Shown here: piece after piece, positions 36,253 through 49,505 of the stretch
Position numbering within the stretch: the stretch's first letter is position 1
Layout: every line of letters starts with the position of its first letter
NCBI RefSeq assembly: GCF_000143415.4
Contig: NW_003314355.1
Span: 577,410-641,409 of the forward strand
Direction: 5' to 3'
DNA: 64,000 bases
DNA from: Selaginella moellendorffii
Taxonomy: Eukaryota; Plantae; Lycopodiophyta
Position numbers and translations under genes: made by a program
The notes under the pieces: generated by a model
Told to the model about the DNA's origin: nothing
Database searches by the model: none
Seen by the model: the letters and a program-made list of their open reading frames with translations, nothing else

Positions 36253-39200
36253 CTCGATGCTTTTGGTTCACATATTTGGTTTGCCTTTGTTAAGCTTGTT
36301 CTAAGGAATCCCTCACTAAATTCGAAATGTTGAGTCTTTCCGCTGTGAATGCCTCCACTATGGGTAACTCTCCATGATACTCGGCCACGCCGAGTTCCAC
36401 AGGACCTTCAATAGGTCGCCCATTGATGACTTTCTATGGACTCACCCTAATACTCGAGTGTGGTGAATTGTTATAACACATTTTTGCAAGTCTTAAATGA
36501 CTTACCCAATCAGTTTGGTCTCCGGAGACATAGCATCGCAAATAATCCTCCAACTACCTATTCACCCTTTTTGTTTGTCCATTTGTCAAAAAGTGTTAAT
36601 GCTATCAAACTTGACTTAATACCTAATACTTATCTATGGATGATAGGCTGTGTTGAATTTCAACTTGGTGCGATACTGTTCCAGGAGAGTTCTCCAATAC
36701 CTACTAGTAAAGCTCTTATCTCGATCTAAGATAATCTCTTCTAGCCTTCTCTGCACTCGAACCACTTGTTCAAAGAACAGCTTCATCACATTTTTTGCAT
36801 CCACTTCTGTTGTGGTGGGTGTGAAATGTGTCATCTTTGAAAATCGGTCCACCACCATGAATATCGCATCAAACCCCTCACTCAAGGGGAGTTATGTGAT
36901 TGTAAGATATTTCCACAAATGATCTAGAATTGGGATGCTTTGTAATAAACCCCCATTAGCCTTAGTCACGGCTTTGACATACTGATATGCTGGACATGTC
37001 TTTACATAGTCTTGGATGTCCTTAACCATACTTCCTTTTGAGTAAATCTATCATTTTGGGCACTCCACCGTGTCTCGCCAGAGGTCCATAATAACACTCT
37101 TTTAAAGCTACCTTCCTTAGTTCCCCTTCTGGAACATACACACCCTTGTTTGTTTATAATAGATAAGTCCATTGCATTTTCATATAACCTATTTTCTCTT
37201 CCGTTGGTAGCTCACATATCTGGTGAGTTTCTCATGCCTCTTGGTTTTTCAGCAACACCTTTTGTGCTAAACCATCGTTCTTATACGCTATCCACACATC
37301 ATCCCAAAAGGTTGCTGTCGTGCTAGATATCGCCAACTTTAAGCTTGCTTTTCGACTTAGAGCATGTGCCACAATGTTGCTCTTCCCAGGTTTATACAGA
37401 ATCTCACAATCAAACTCGGCCAAAGCATTGGCCCATCGACCTTGTTTCCCTCTCAAGTCAGGCTGTGATAAGAAGTGTTTCGTTGCCACATTATCCGTGT
37501 AGACTTTGAAGTGTCTCCCAAGGTAGTGTCGCCACTCCTTGAGTGCCTTGACCACCACAAACAAGTCCTTCTTGTGGGCAGGCCACTTTCGCTGAGCCTT
37601 GTTCAACTTCTTCGAAAAAAACACTACTAAATGGTTGTCTTACTTCAAAACTATACCCAATGCAAAGTTTGAAGTGTCTATTTCTACCTTGAAGTCCTTA
37701 CTAAAGTTTAATAACACCAACATAGGAATCTTCTTCAACTTCCCTTTGAGGTAAACAAATGTTACCTCACATTTTATTGTCCATACCATTTTTCTTTTTC
37801 CCGTTTGGTCCGTTAAGGGTAGAGTTACTCTCGAATAGTGTTTGATAAACTTTTGGTAGTAGTTGTATAACCCCAAAAACGCCCTCAACTCGTGTACATT
37901 AAATGGTCACTCCCATTCCTAGATCGCTTGTACCTTCTTAGGGTCCACCTTGAGCCTGTCTTTGCCCACCACATGCCCAAGAAACTTTACCTCTTATTGA
38001 GTAAAAACACATTTGCTCTCTTTAGCATATAGTTGGTGTTCCCTTAATTTCTCAAATACCTTTGTCAAGTGTTTGGCATGCTCCTCTAGCATCTCACTAT
38101 AGATCAAGATGTCAATGTAAACGACCATAAAATGATCCAGATAGAGTACAAAAATATGATTCATCAACGCTAAGAATGTTGCTAATGCATTGCACAGCCC
38201 AAAAGGCATCACTAGAAGCTCAAAGCTTGCATATATTGTTTGATAAGTTGTCTTCTCGACATCTTCCTTTGCTACCCTGATCTAGTAGTATTTTGACCTT
38301 AGGTCGATCCTCGAAAAGTATTTCACCTTTCCCAACCTATAAATAGATCCTCAATCCTTGGTAAAGGGTATTTATTCTTTTTTGTATACTTGTTGAGCAA
38401 CCAATAATCTATACACATGCATATAGATCCATCTTTCTTTTTCACAAATAACACCGGTGCACCATACAATGACTTGCTCAATCTAACATACCCTTTTTCC
38501 ACCAACTCCTCAAGTTGGTGTTTGAGCTCCTCGAGTTCCTTTTCATTCAACTGATAGGGGGGACAAACCACTGCCTTAGCACCCTCGATTAATTTGATCT
38601 TATGTTCTATTCAGGGGGTAACCCTGCCAATAACTCTTTTGGCATGGTATCTTGGAATTGGTCCAACACCTGTTAGATCACCAAAGACACTCCTTTTGTC
38701 TTTGTCTTTTTGTCACTCTTCATTGAGAGTAAGCACAAAAATGTTGCTTTAGTTCCTTTAGTGAGTTATCCTCTTATAAACACCAGGTTCAAGCAGGAGT
38801 TTTTGGCTTTACATTGCCCTACCTTTACATCCTGGGCCTCCACCCTTGATCGTTCTCTTCAGGCATTCGCTAGTACCACAAGGTTCCTATCTTGTCCATG
38901 TGGGGCTACCATAAATTAATTGAACCAATCCATCCTAAAGATTACATCAAATTCCACCATGTCCAATATGGTGAAATCCAAATCTACTTTCCATGTCTCT
39001 ACTTCGACTCTTGCTTGTCGAAGTACCTCATCAGTGCTTTGGCTACCTTGAACGAACTCTATAGTCCTTGGTTCACCCAGCCGCTGGACCGTTAGTCCGA
39101 CTTGCCAGACTATGTCTGCAACCACAAAATTATTTGAAGCACCTATGTCAATAAGGATCTTAACAAAGTTACCTCCGAGCTTCCTTCAGAAAGCTGGTAG

Positions 39201-39336
39201 ATGTCACAAACGACTTTCTACCAAAGTTGCTCGTGTAATGAGTAACTTTGAGTTAGGGACTGAATCACATACCTCAGTTTGGATTTCACCCAACTTAATA
39301 GCCATATTAGCTCTAGCCTTCTTCGGATAGGGACAT

Positions 39337-42300
39337 TGTAAGGAACCAACTCCCCAAGGTGTTGTAGGCTAAAGGATCCCCAAAAGCATGACCAAAATGA
39401 CAAAGAGTTCATCGGATGGGACCGAGTCTAAGATCGAGTCCAAGACCGACTCTGAGACCGAGTTTGAGATAAAGTCCAGAATCGAGTCTGAGGCCGACTT
39501 GAAGACCGAGTTCGAGACGAAGTCTGAGATCCGAAAATCGGGTCCAAGACCGAGTCTGAAGTCGAGTCCAAAGTCGAGTCTGAGATCGGGTCCAAGATCG
39601 AGTCCAAGACCGAATCCGAAGTCGAGTCCGATATCAAGTCCGAGATCGAGCCCGAAACTGAGTCCGAGTACTAATACGGGTCAAGGGGTGAAAGCCCAAG
39701 CTTCGACAAACGAGGTTCCAAAAGTATAGTAGGGATAGGGAGGTCTAGGAACTAGTCTTGAAAGAACTCTCCAATGGTGCTTCCAAACTGACTTGAGGTT
39801 GAGACTGGGGCCAAGGGGCCTTGGGTGGGAGTGAGCATGGACTCGGGTGGTGCCGGAGGGGCCACCCAAAGAAGTGCTCAAGAGCAACTCCCACTCCTGA
39901 AAGGGAAACCGATTGCGGTGCTCCCGACTCATGTAGAGTGGTGCCCCACTTGAGTACCTTGTGGCTCATTGGTCCTCGCCCTTCCTAAGGGCTTGGGCCT
40001 TCCCTTCGGGATAGAAGTGCAGGGGTAGAGGTACCTATATCGGGCCGTTAGGACACAGTGTTTCGCCCCAGTGTCCCGAAGCAAGTGTTACACCCAAGAC
40101 TTGGGATTTAGAGGGTCCCATGATCAAGTTTTGTGGTACCAAGGGATGTTAGGAACCTAGAGGCTTGGTATGTTTGGTTGCTTGTGCCTGCGAGGAGTGT
40201 AGCCGAACCTTAAATCCAGTCTAACCTGGGGAGGGGGATTGGGAGAGATTTGGGAATTCATGGATGGATGGCTAACACTCTATTGCTCGTGCAGTGAGTA
40301 GCTGAAACCAAGTAGGACCAAGTAGGAGCTGGTACCATAGGCGGGAACTTTGGCAAGGGAACTTAGCAAAAGCTAAAGCAGTGTTGGATGGGTAGACGAG
40401 GTAAGCTGGCAAATTGGAAAGGAAAAATTTGTGGCTTACAATTTGGTATCGAAGCCTTTTCCTTAGTTCTAGCGAAGGATAGAGGCAGATTGCTGAGAGA
40501 TGGCAAAGGCAAGGCAAAAGCGAACCAAGGTAGAGACAAAACCTCCTCCAGAGCTAGAGCTTCCGGTCGAACGAGAGGCTATGGATGAGGAATCCTTGCA
40601 TAAGGAGGACTCCAGTGAGGAAACTTCCAAACAAGAGTCCGGTGGCGAGGTTCGGTCGTCCAAGGCTCGAATGGATGTTCTAGAAGGACAGTTGGCACAA
40701 ACCAATGCTGGAGACTCTCATACCCAAGCTAAAGTGTGACAAGAAGCGGAAGAAAAAGCGAAAGACTGCGGATGCTGGCAGTGCAGAAGGTGTAGACCCT
40801 TCGGTAGGGACTAAGGCAAAACCAAATAAGGTCGAACAGACTGAAGTGGAATCAGTCCCTCAGGCAGTTCCCAAGTACAAACCAAAGCCCCCACCGGTCT
40901 TCAAGGGAGTGAATGACTATAAGGTGGTGGAGGATTGGTTTTACGATATGGAGGATTATTTCCGAGCGTTGCGATTACCAAGCTTAAAGAAGGTTCTATG
41001 TGTAAACCATAATTGGCAGATAATGCCAAGTCTTGGTGGAGAACGACGGAGGCCAACGAAGGACTAGTGGCTACTTGGGACATGATGAAGGCGAGGATCT
41101 GTGCAACTTATGTTCCTCCGAATGCTACTCTGCATCTAAGAGACGAGCTGAGTACGCTGAAGTAGACCGGAACCATTCAGGAGTACGTGAATGGGTTTAT
41201 GGCAAAGAGGATACTTGTCACGGACATGAGGGATATGGATGCATTCCATGCCTTCATATCAGGTTTGCAAACCTGGGCTTGCGATGAGGTGATGTGCTGG
41301 AACCCGACCAACTACAAGGAAGCGTTGGATGCGGCCATCAAGGTGCATTTCAATAATAATCTGCGAAAGGGCAACACAATGGGGTCGGGGTTCACATTTA
41401 GCAAAGGGGCTAAACCAAGGGGAATGTATAGCAAAGGGAAATTCAAGAAGAGTTTCTCTAAGAATGAGTCCTCGGGGTTCTGGAAAGGCAAATCCGGTGG
41501 CTAGCGAGCAAGTACGTGGGGGAGTCAAGCGAAAAAAGACAAACCCACAGATAAGAAGGTCAAGTCGTATAGCAACGTGGGAAACAACATATGCTACAAC
41601 TGTGGTGAAGCGGGACACTTTTCGAGGGAATGTCCCTACCCGAAGAAGGCCAGAGCCAATATGGCCATTAAGTCATGTGACATTCAAACTGAGGTATGTG
41701 ACCTAGTCCCTAGCTCAAAGTTACTCATTACACGGCAACTTTGGTAAAGAGTCGTTCGTGACATCTACTAGCCCTACGAGGGAAGCTTGGAGGTAGCTTT
41801 GTTAAGATCCTTATTGACACGGGTGCTTCAGATAATTTTGTGGCTGCAGACATAGTCCAGCAAGCCGGATTAATGGTGCAGCGGCTGGGCGAACCAAGGA
41901 GTATAGAGTTTGTTCAAGGTAGCCAAAACACCGATGAAGTACTTCGACAAGCGAGGTTCCAAAAGTATAGTGGGGATAGGGAGGTCCAGGAACTAGTCTT
42001 GAAAGAACTCTCCAATGGTGCTTCCAAACTGACTTAAGGTTGAGATTGGGGCCGAGGGGCCTTGGGTGGGAGTGAGCATGGACTCGGGTGGTGCTGGAGG
42101 GGCCACCCAAGGAAGTGCTCAAGAGCAACTCCCACTCCCGAAAGGGAAACCAATTGCGGTGCTCCCGGCTCATGTGGAGTGGTGCCCTATTTAAGTACCT
42201 TGTGGCTCATTGGTCCTCACCTTTCTTAGGGGCTTGGGCCTTCCCTTCGGGATGGAAGTGGGGGGGTAGAGGTACCCATACCGGGCCGTTAGGACACGGT

Positions 42301-42681
42301 GTTTTGCCCTGGTGTCCCGAAGCAAATGTTGCACCCAAGACTTGGGATTTAGAGGGTCCCATGATCAAGTTTTGTGGTACCAAGGGATGTTAGGAATTTG
42401 GAGGCTTGGTGTGCTTGGTTGCTTGTGCTTGCGGGGAGTGTAGCCGAACCTTAAATCTAGTCTAACCCAGGGAGGGGGATTGGGAGAGATTTGGGAATCC
42501 GTGGATGCATGGTTAATGCTTTGTTGTTTGTGTAGTGAGTAGCTGAAACCAAGTAGAACCAAGTAGGAGCTGGTACAATAGGTGGGAACCTTGGCGAAGG
42601 AACTTAGTTAAAGCCAAGGCAGTGTTGGACGGGTAGACAAAGTAAGCTGGCAAATTGGAAAGGAAAAATTTGTGGCTTACA
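39337..42681 (+). mobile_element. Internally deleted family B element inserted antisense into the gag zinc knuckle of B
   Basis: TGTAAGG..GCTTACA termini, TSD GACAT (39332-39336 and 42682-42686), 5' LTR 39337-40440, gag with CYNCGEAGHFSRECP, PR ILIDTGAS, partial 3' LTR ~41945-42681. Confidence 0.9.
40444..40456 (+). promoter_or_regulatory. Primer-binding site, initiator tRNA-Met type
   Basis: TGGTATCGAAGCC 3 nt after the LTR end. Confidence 0.8.
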
Positions 42682-45639
42682 GACATTCCCTCAAAAAGTG
42701 TCCTGCTTCACCGCAATTGAAGTTATTTCCCACGCTACTAGCAAACTTGACCTTCTTATCTGTGAGTTTGTCTCTTTTCACTTGACTCCCCCACGTACTT
42801 ACTCGCTGGCCACCGGATCTGCCTTTACGGAACCCTGATAACTCAGTCTTAGAGAAACTTTTTTTGATTTCCCTTTGCCATATGTCCCCCTTGGTTTAGC
42901 ACCTTTGCTAAACATGGACCACAACCCCATCATATTCCCCTTTCGCAAATTATTATTGAAATGCACCTTGATAGCCGCATCTAATGCTTCCTTGTAGTTG
43001 GTTGGGTTCCAATGCATCACCTTGCCGCGAGCCCAGGTTTACAAACTTGATATGTAGGCATGGAATGCATCCATATCACCCATATCCATGAGAAATATCC
43101 TCTTTGCCATAAACCCATTCACATACTCTTGAATGGTCCCAGTCTACTTTAACCTACTCAACTCACCCAACACCTTAGGAACATCACAAACGTATTCCTC
43201 CCATGTGCCCTTTGAGTGGATTAAGACATCTTTGATAAAGCCAACAATCATCTCTGGCATATCGCAAAGAACATTATCCATCATTTGCTAGAAAGTTGTT
43301 AAAGCATTTATCAAACCAAATGGCATCACTAAGAACTTATACAAACCAAACAATGTATGAAAAACAGTCTTAGAAAGGTCGTCTTCAGCCATCAGTACTT
43401 GCTAGTAACCAAAAGCAAGATTTAACTTGATGAACAAGCAACTTTTCCTTAGACAATCAAAGAGATCACTAGTGTGAGGAAGAGAGTACACATTCGGGAT
43501 CATCACTTCGTTTAATAGATGATAATCAATGCAGAAATAAAAACTTCTATTAGGCTTCATCATAAGATGAGGTTCATAAGCCCAAGGACTTTGCAATTTT
43601 TGAATAATACCCTTTTCCATCATCTTTTTAATGTTTGCGTGTAAAATATTGATATTTTTGGGTCACCGACAACGAACAAGAACCTTGATTAGATAAATAT
43701 CCCTAGTTGAAATAGAATGATGTGTTGCAATCTTAGCCCCAAACAATATGTCAAATTCAAAGACATCGGCATACTCCTTCATGAGCCAATCAACCACTGC
43801 AATATAAAAACCATTAAAGATGGAAATATATGAAGAAGTAATGGAAAGATAAAAGTGATGGAAGTAAAGGTAAAAGCAAAAGAATAAAAAAGAACAAAAG
43901 TGAAAGGAATGGAAGAGATATAAAGAAATATAAAACAAAAGAGAAAAGCCTCAAACTCACACTTGGCATAATTGTGCCGCAATCAATCTATACCATAGAT
44001 GAGGTCAAAAGTTTGACTTAGCACTACTCATAATGACTACAACTCAAACTTGAGACCACCCATCCACACAACCAGGCCCGCCTCATCCCGTGCATATATG
44101 TGTGTACGGCCATTGCCATAAAGAATGAAAACTGGCTCTGCTAAACAATGCAAATATAGATGGTAATATATAGCAATAGGCCAAGCAATAGAAGATAAAC
44201 TCAAGCCTATATCAACTAATACGGAAAGAAGAATAAAAGACCTCTTGCTATAAAAACAAGATTGGAAAGTAAACACTGAATGAACTAATGCCAAGTGAAC
44301 CCCTTGATGTTACTCCCGAAATAAAGATGGAGCGGTCACTGACTTATTTACGCAAGGTCCCTCCACTAAACACATAACTCCTCATTTCCCAGAAGCATCT
44401 CGGTGTCTAGACTTTCCACTGTAGCATCATCAACAAGATGTTGTTGACACCAAGGTCCACCCATGAAATGGAAGTTGCAAATCTAGAAAATGCCAGTAAT
44501 GCCACTAAGTGTGACTAACTTTATCACATGCCCAACAGTGGACATCATAACCACAACCACATCCTCGCCCTTGTCTTTAAACTTGAGTAGCAACAGCATT
44601 AACATCCATTAGAATAGGATCATTTCCCATAGAAAGTGGAGCTAAAGGATGTGTAATGAGATATGGAAGAAGCGACATTTTATAACATTATGCCAAGCAA
44701 AAAGCATCATCAATGGTGGCAAGAGTAAGTGCATGTATAAGTTTTACAAGATTTTGACAAAGTGTTAGCCACAACATTCCTAACTTGATCCGCTCCAACA
44801 TATTTGGCTCCGCACAAAATAAAAGGCTTAAAAAACAAATGCCAAATTGCATTATGGATTCAAATGGCCCTTGACGAAGATGATGTAATTGTTGAAAGGC
44901 ATCATCACCATCATCGGCATATCCAAATATGCATTTGAAGACATCTACAAAAATGCTCTAATCTTCATAAGTGGCTACACTTAAACCATTGTACCATTGT
45001 AATGCCATCCCTTAGAGACATCCCTTAAAGACACGTGGGAAATTCACGCAAACATTGAATATCATCCCAAGAATGATGTATGGCAATCATCGTGAAGTGA
45101 TTGAACCAATGGTACACTTTATCTCTAGGATTTCTATGGAAGAACTCTGATCAGACTCAAGGATTGGTACCAAGAGCAGGAGGAGCTGTACCATGTGTCA
45201 TGAATGCTGTCATCAACTGAGTCTGTTGTTCAATTGCAACCACATAACATTGAGCAATTATACCAATTGGTGCTCCAGAGTCAAAGGAGGAAGTTGCTGT
45301 TTTGCTATGAAAATGAACAAAAAGGATAAAAAAGCAAAAGAGAAGAAATTGAAAAAACTATAAGGAAAAGGAGATCTAGACAGTGAGAAAGCTAGATCTA
45401 TAGCAAAATCCCAAATCTAAGCACTCCTCAAAGACAATCAAAGCAACCCCTCACTTCCACCAATATGAGTGCATAGAATATGGAAATGAAATACAAAAAT
45501 ATGTATATATATCAATTAGCCCAAAAACCTTATTATATACAGGAGCAAGTGGTCTGGATTGAAACCAATCTAATGGCTATTAAATGGCTAATTAGTAGAT
45601 CACACTTATTAACTTAGTAGATCACACTTATTAACATTA

Positions 45640-46110
45640 TCAGTATTTTCTGGATTGGCAACTTTCATTTCCTGGGTGAAAACCTTGGCATCAATAACAT
45701 TCTGTTGGTGTTATTGCAATAGAAGGTTTGGATATTGAGATGTTTTTAGAAAACAAGGAGTCATGTGAATAGTAAAGGGTCTTTATGTGAATAAGTCAAT
45801 AACCCCTTCATCTTTCTTCTGAGAATGTTATTAAGGGGTTCACTTAGCATCAATTCATCTAGTGTTTATTTTCCAAACTCATTATTATAACAAAAGGTCT
45901 CTTATTATTTTCTTTGTGTTGGTTGATACCGGCTCAGAGTTTATTTTCTATTGTTCAGTCTGTTGCCACATGTTATCGTTTACATTTGAGTCATGCAGAA
46001 GAGCTAATTTTCCCTCTTTATGGCAGCGGCTATACACTTGCTTTTGTATATAAGCTAGGCTTTTTGGGCTAATTGATATGCATATTTCTACTATATTCCA
46101 TGCAGTCACA
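45640..46110 (+). mobile_element. Family A fragment (gag end/protease fused to the 3' part of an LTR), opposite orientation
   Basis: VLVDTGS motif; inverted homology to 44100-44500; LTR block GGCTAATTGATATGCATATTTC at ~46065. Confidence 0.65.
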
Positions 46111-46119
46111 ATTCTATAT

Positions 46120-46890
46120 TTTATTTCAGAAATAAAAATAAGCATTATAAATATTAAAAGATAAAAATATTATTAAAAACATTTTTACAATAATACTTCT
46201 ATTTAAAATATTTCAATCTTGAATTATAGAAATCCAAAACTGGAGATGAGGAATTAGACACTAAGAACATAAATGAAAAAATACATATAAACTATTTTAT
46301 TTTCAAGGTATAATTTATTAATGATTTAGCTATCAAATTAAATAAATAGTTTTTCATAAAAAAATTAAAGTTTTGACAAATTTTTGTAAAGTTGTTGTGA
46401 ATTAATTTTTCAAGCATGAATTAAAGATATATTAGTGTCTTTAGAAAATCACTTGTATACACTTTACATTCTTACATAATTTTTTGTTAATAATATTATG
46501 CTGTATATTTTTTATATTGTCTAAGATTTTAGAATTTTATAAAATAGAGTCAAAAAGATAATTACTACAGTTTAACTTTGTTTTATATATACTCATGTTA
46601 ATTTAAATACATACAAACTCACTTATTAACTATCATTAGGAAATTATTTTAATAAATATTTTTTTAAAATGTTTATACAAGTTAAAGAACATTTTTTTAA
46701 GAAATAAGAAAAATAGACTATTATTTAATATCAACTAAAAAGTAAAAAACTTTTACAAACGAAAAACTTACAATCTTGACATATATATCACATTTGCTCC
46801 ATCCATTTCCAAGCTTCTAATTATATAAAAAATATAATGATAAGGTCTTTCTAACTTTTAATTTTTTTAAAGAAACTTTTAAATCATAAT
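46120..46890. other. Extremely AT-rich non-coding tract
   Basis: Base composition only; no termini or ORF recognised. Confidence 0.5.
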
Positions 46891-47329
46891 CTGATCGAGA
46901 GGATGAGGGCTAGATTGCTGCTCAGAGACTAGAGATTTACTTGGTAGAGGCCTGGATTGGTGGTTAGAAAGAATTGCACAATATTGCTCATCATTTGCCA
47001 GAGAAGATTGACGTATTACATCGCGATTGATGGCTTAGACACAGATAGCTTGTCCCTTTTCTTTTCTTCAGACAGCACTGTGATTTTTCCAAGGAGTTCT
47101 GACTGTTCGTCTTGGGTGATCTGGAAACTTATGTTATCAACAAGTAAACTCCAAACTCGCAAATCTGGTTTTAGCAAAAAGAAAAAAGGTTCTACGATCG
47201 ACTGATGCTTTTGGAGCAGTGGCAGGAATCCCAGTGGCACTAAGCTCCACGGCTTGCTTGACAAGGAATTAAAGCACTAGCGATCATTTTTTTCTTTTTT
47301 CCTTTTTTGTTTACAGGGCGCGTCTTTGT

Positions 47330-49310
<1,981 letters not shown>

Positions 49311-49505
49311 CGCGGCCGATTAGAGAAATCCCAACGAGCGACCTACAAACCCTAGCCTTACTAGCTAGGGATCGTGAAGACGAGCTCCATCCACCGGTGC
49401 CGGGCTAGGGAAGATCGTCGATGGCGATCACAAGGAAGCCCACAACACTGGAGAAGATCGATCGTCGGCAGGCAAGCTCTCGAAATATCTGAGATTCTGG
49501 ATGGA

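Larger units (their letters stand above)
32468..43167 (-). mobile_element. Gypsy chromovirus (family B), truncated at both ends
   Basis: gag 42682-43167, PR ~38900-39170, RT 37990-38570, RNase H 37230-37880, integrase 36260-37100 and 33950-34226, chromodomain EKYKVEAILNVH..EFHVKWKGFPHYEAT*EP at ~33780-33905, 3' LTR from TGTAAGGAACC at 33298 leftwards. Confidence 0.88.
29047..45590 (-). mobile_element. Old short-LTR Ty3/Gypsy element (family A), interrupted by nested insertions
   Basis: 5' LTR remnant 45464-45590, PBS-like TGGTGGAAGTGAGGGG 45447-45462, gag ~44500-45150, PR ~44200/32380, RT 31200-31800 and 43170-43630, RNase H ~30570-30950, integrase ~29600-30200, PPT 29137-29145, 3' LTR 29047-29136; many stops. 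Confidence 0.75.

Noticed and set aside
46120-46890. Possible MITE/Helitron or organellar insertion
   Set aside because: No TIRs, TSD, terminal hairpin or gene similarity visible
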